Below, in pieces: positions 60,437 to 64,000 of a DNA stretch of 64,000 bases. Both the position numbers and the translations under genes were made by a program. The notes beneath the pieces are model-generated. The model saw only the letters and a list, made by a program, of their open reading frames with translations. It searched no databases and was not told where the DNA came from. Source of the DNA: Malacoraja senta (lineage: Eukaryota); contig CM075996.1 of NCBI GenBank assembly GCA_038087875.1, forward strand, positions 4,094,001 to 4,158,000, in the 5' to 3' direction. Positions within the stretch are counted from its first letter, which is position 1. Every line of letters starts with the position of its first letter.

Positions 60437-60771
60437 TTCTTCTTCTTCTTCTTCTTCTTAAGCCCTTTGCTCCTCTGGGGAGCACAGGCCACTGACAAAT
60501 GTCCTCCACCTCACTCCTCTTTCAAGAACTCCCCAGTTGAGCCCACTCTCAGACATTTCTGTCTGGACATCTCTTCTCCAGCTCTTCCTGGGGCGACCTC
60601 ATCTCCTTTTTCCCTGGGGGTTCCATTTCAGGGCTTGCCGGGTGATGTTTGTGGCAGGTTTCCTGAGGGTGTGTCCGACCCAACTCCATTTTCTCCTTCG
60701 CATTTGTAAGTCAATGGGCTCCTGGCTTGTTCTTTTCCACAGGTCCACATTGCTCACTTTGTCTCTCCACC
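60437..60771 (-). mobile_element. 5'-truncated RTE-clade LINE
   Basis: WRDKVSNVDLWKRT...WSWVGHTLRK...ALKWNPQGKRR; (GAA)n tail; 11-bp TSD aagaagtcacg at 60426-60436 and 60772-60782. Confidence 0.88.
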
Positions 60772-62002
60772 AAGAAGTCACGATGCAGCTTTATAAAACT
60801 TTGGCTCAGCCAGATGTGGAAGTATGGTGTGCATTTCTGGTCATCCCTTAGTGGAAGGACGTGAAGGCTTTTTCGGGTTACAGAGAAGAAACTGTTTACA
60901 AAAATCATGAGCGGAGTAGAAAAGCTCAGGACCTTTCTCCCAGGGTGGAATTGTCAAAGATTAAAGCATATAGCTTTAAGGTCAGTGGGGGGGGGGGGGG
61001 GTTTAAAGGAGCTATACAATGATAGCTTTGTATTACCCAGACAGTGGTAGTTGCCAAGGAATCACTGCGATGGGTAGTGGTGGAAGCTAGTACAATAGAG
61101 GCATTTAAGAGGTTTTTAGAAGAGGCAAACAAATTTGCAGGGAATGAAGGGAATCAAGTGCAGGTCTATAGAAGGAATTAGTTTAATTTGACATCATGTT
61201 CGACACTGTCACCGTGAGCTGAATGCCACTGTTCCAGTTCTGTACTATACTGAGGAAAAACTTTTTCACCCAGAGAGTTGTGAATCTGTGGAATTCTCTG
61301 CCACAGAAAGCACTGGAGGCCAATTCACTGGATATTTTCAAGAGAGAGTTAGATTTAGCTCTTAGGGCTAACAGAATCAAGGGATATGGGGAAAAAGCAG
61401 GAACGGGTACTGATTTTGGATGATCAGCCATGATCACATTGAATGGCGGTGCTGGGTCGAAGGGCCAAATGGCCTACTCCTGCACCCATTTTCTATGTTT
61501 TTATGTTTTTATGTGTTTCTATGTTTCTACATTCTGAATGCCCCACATTTTCCATCTCGTCTACTTGCTCGAAGAGCAGAGGAACATAGTAGGCCCTCCA
61601 GGCCTTTCCAACGAGCTATACTTAAAAGATAGACTCAAAATGCTGGAGTAACTCAGCGAGGTCAGGCAGCATTGCTGGAGAAAAGGAATAGGTGAGGTTT
61701 CGGGTCGAGACCCTTCATCCAGACAGCTGGTTGGAGTTGAAACAAGGCAAAGAAGGGGCAGAGGGAGAGGGGATGTGAGAGAGAAAAATATATATATTTT
61801 TGTTGCAAATCGCAGGACATTCCAATTGAGTTTTTTTTTAACTGTCCTACTGAGTAACTCCAGCATTTTGTGTCTATCTTCGACAGTAATACATTGTATG
61901 TATAATAGTTTGTTTGCAGGTAATGACGGCTTCTTGTTTCCAAGTCCACAGCTCCCTGAAGGTGGCAACACAAATAGAGCGGTAAAGATGGCGCATGGTA
62001 TG

Positions 62003-62334
62003 GTGCAACACAAGTGTAAAAGCTAATCCGTGACTGGATGAGGAATGGTCAAGATTATAAATACGATCTCTTTTCTTTTTCTTCTCTTTTCTTCTTTTCT
62101 TCTTTTTCTTCTATTTTCTATTTCTTAACTTTCTTCTTTCACTCTCTATTTTTCTTTTTCACACACTGTATATCTCACATTTTTCTATTCTTCATTATCT
62201 AACTTCTTTTCTTTTTCTTCTTTATTACAAAATTAAAAAAATAAGAAGCTGTACATAAAATGTATTATGAAAATATGATTGTATACAATTGTACTTACTT
62301 CTAATAAAAATAAATAATAAAAAAAATTTTTTTT
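62003..62334 (+). mobile_element. Poly(A)-type (L1/Tx1-like) 3' UTR insertion
   Basis: 19-bp TSD aaagatggcgcatggtatg at 61984-62002 and 62335-62353; AATAAA and A-rich tail. Confidence 0.7.
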
Positions 62335-62383
62335 AAAGATGGCGCATGGTATGCCTGTCCTCATCAGTCGGGGCAAGAGTCGA

Positions 62384-62523
62384 CTTCTTCTTGCGTATGG
62401 CGTGCCCACAGCCTAAAGTTGTAGGTCGACTTGTTCTATTTGATCTTATTTGATTGTGCACGCCGGGTTGATTGCGTTCGTCGAAACAGGGCGGACCACG
62501 TGAAGGTTGCAATCTCCCACCCC
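62384..62523 (-). mobile_element. Short retroposon with a 5' HDV-like ribozyme and (GAA)n tail
   Basis: Second copy at 45340-45469 has the same 5' end; no tRNA A/B boxes. Confidence 0.78.
62470..62523 (-). ncRNA. Minimal HDV/CPEB3-like self-cleaving ribozyme (predicted)
   Basis: P1 GGGGUGG/CCGCCCU with G1-U wobble, P2 GAUUGC/GCAAUC, P3 ACC/GGU, L3 UUCACGU, J4/2 CGAA. Confidence 0.75.
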
Positions 62524-62699
62524 GTATAAGAGTCAAGAGTCAAGGGCAGCAGGGTGGCACAACGGGTAGAGTTACTGCCTTACAATGCTTACAGCGCCAG
62601 AGACCCAGGTTCGATCCCGGCCACGGGTGCTTGCCTGTACCTTCTCCCCGTGAACTTCCGTTTCCTCCCACACTCCAAAGACGTACAGGTTTGTAGGGT

Positions 62700-63126
62700 G
62701 GAACTCCCGGTGGCTCAGCACTTCAACTCCCCCTCCCATTCCGTATCTGACCTCTCTGTCCTGGGTGTCCTCCATGGCCACAGCGAGCAACACCGGAAAT
62801 TGGAGGAAATGCACCTCATATTCCGCTTGGGCAGTCTACATCCTGGGGGCCTGAACATTGAATTCTCCCAATTCTGCTAGCCCTTGCTGTCCCCTCCCCT
62901 TCATCAGCCATCTGGTTGTCTCCTCCCATCCTCCAGCCCTCGGGCTCCTCCTCCGCCTTTTTCCTTTTTTCCTTTCTTCTCCCCACCCCCTATCAGTCTG
63001 AAGAAGGGTTTTGGCCCGAAACGTTGCCTATTTCCTTCGCTCCATAGATGCTGCTGCACCCGCTGAGTTTCTCCAGCATTTTTGTCTACCTTCGATTTTC
63101 CAGCATCTGCAGTTCCTTCTTTAACA
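62700..63126 (+). mobile_element. Penelope-like element 3' fragment nested in a V-SINE
   Basis: Near-identical to 39505-39932 (ELPVAQHFN...GLNIEFSQFC). Confidence 0.85.
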
Positions 63127-64000
63127 CAGGTTTGTAGGGTTAATTGGTTTGGCTTAAATGTAAAAAAAGGGTCCCTCGTGTACGTCTTTAGTGTTAATGT
63201 GCGGGGATCGTTGGTCGGCACGGACTTGGTAGGTCGAAGGGTCTGTTCCCGCGCTGTATCTCTAAACCTGAACCGTTATGCGCAGGAAGGAACTGCAGAA
63301 TCTGGTTTACACCGAAGACAGACACAAAATGCCGGAGTAACTCAGCGGGACAGGCAGGAAGTTTCGGGTCAATATGTTCTTGTGTGGCCTATATGTATGT
63401 TTATTCTTTTTTTAATTGTGTCTCCTTCGGCTAGCGTTTTAGTTGTCATTTTGTACTTGTACATACACTCACTTTTGTAGAAAGGTGGGAGCCTCAGGTC
63501 GCACGAGCAAGTTGGCGCTGTCCTCTAGCTCCAGTCAGTTGGTCCGCACACATTCAATGAATCCCAGCCTCGCCCGCGAAATTCCCCATTGATTCTCCCG
63601 CTACATATTCTTATAGAGGAAAATCCACCCCCCTTAGAGAAAAAGGAACAATAGCTCCCAACATTGTCCCCAAATAATGCCCCGAACAAAAGCTTTCCAC
63701 TGTACCTCGGTACACGTGACCATAAAATTAAACTCAATAACCTGAAGAAGGGTCTCGACCCTCCTCTGCCTCAGAGGGCGGTGGAGGCCGGTTCTCTGGA
63801 TACATTCAAGAGAGAGCTAGATAGGGCTCTTAAAGATAGCGGAGTCAGGGGATATGGGGAGAAGGCAGGAACGGGGTACTGATTGGGGATGATCAGCCAT
63901 GATCACATTGAATGGCGATGCTGGCTCGAAGGGCCTAATGGCCTACTCCTGCACCTATTGTCTATTGAATGGTGGTGCTGGCTCGAAGGGCCGAATAGCC

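Overview
Repeat-dense vertebrate genomic DNA. The HE1/V-SINE, CR1 (HER1-like), Rex1-like and Penelope-like repeats point to a cartilaginous fish, probably a skate or ray (inference). The + strand carries the 3' part of a TBC1D17 Rab-GAP gene: 11 coding exons from 2108 to the TAG stop at 29451-29453, with the 5' exons outside the window. Two of these exons occur twice because a ~5.5-6.2 kb segment is duplicated across a 200-N gap, most likely a false haplotype duplication. Downstream lie a CpG-island-like promoter (~34.0-34.35 kb), an orphan terminal-exon candidate after a second gap, and a ~6.8 kb (CA)n array. The most notable signal is a ~140-nt short retroposon (two copies, minus strand) whose 5' end folds into a minimal HDV/CPEB3-like self-cleaving ribozyme and whose 3' end is a (GAA)n tail like that of a nearby RTE LINE. 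Other signals are many hammerhead-core motifs in Penelope-derived repeats, three Harbinger-type MITEs (one a ~350-bp palindrome), and a CR1 insertion that splits a TBC1D17 splice acceptor. Family assignments rest on recalled sequences; no searches were run.
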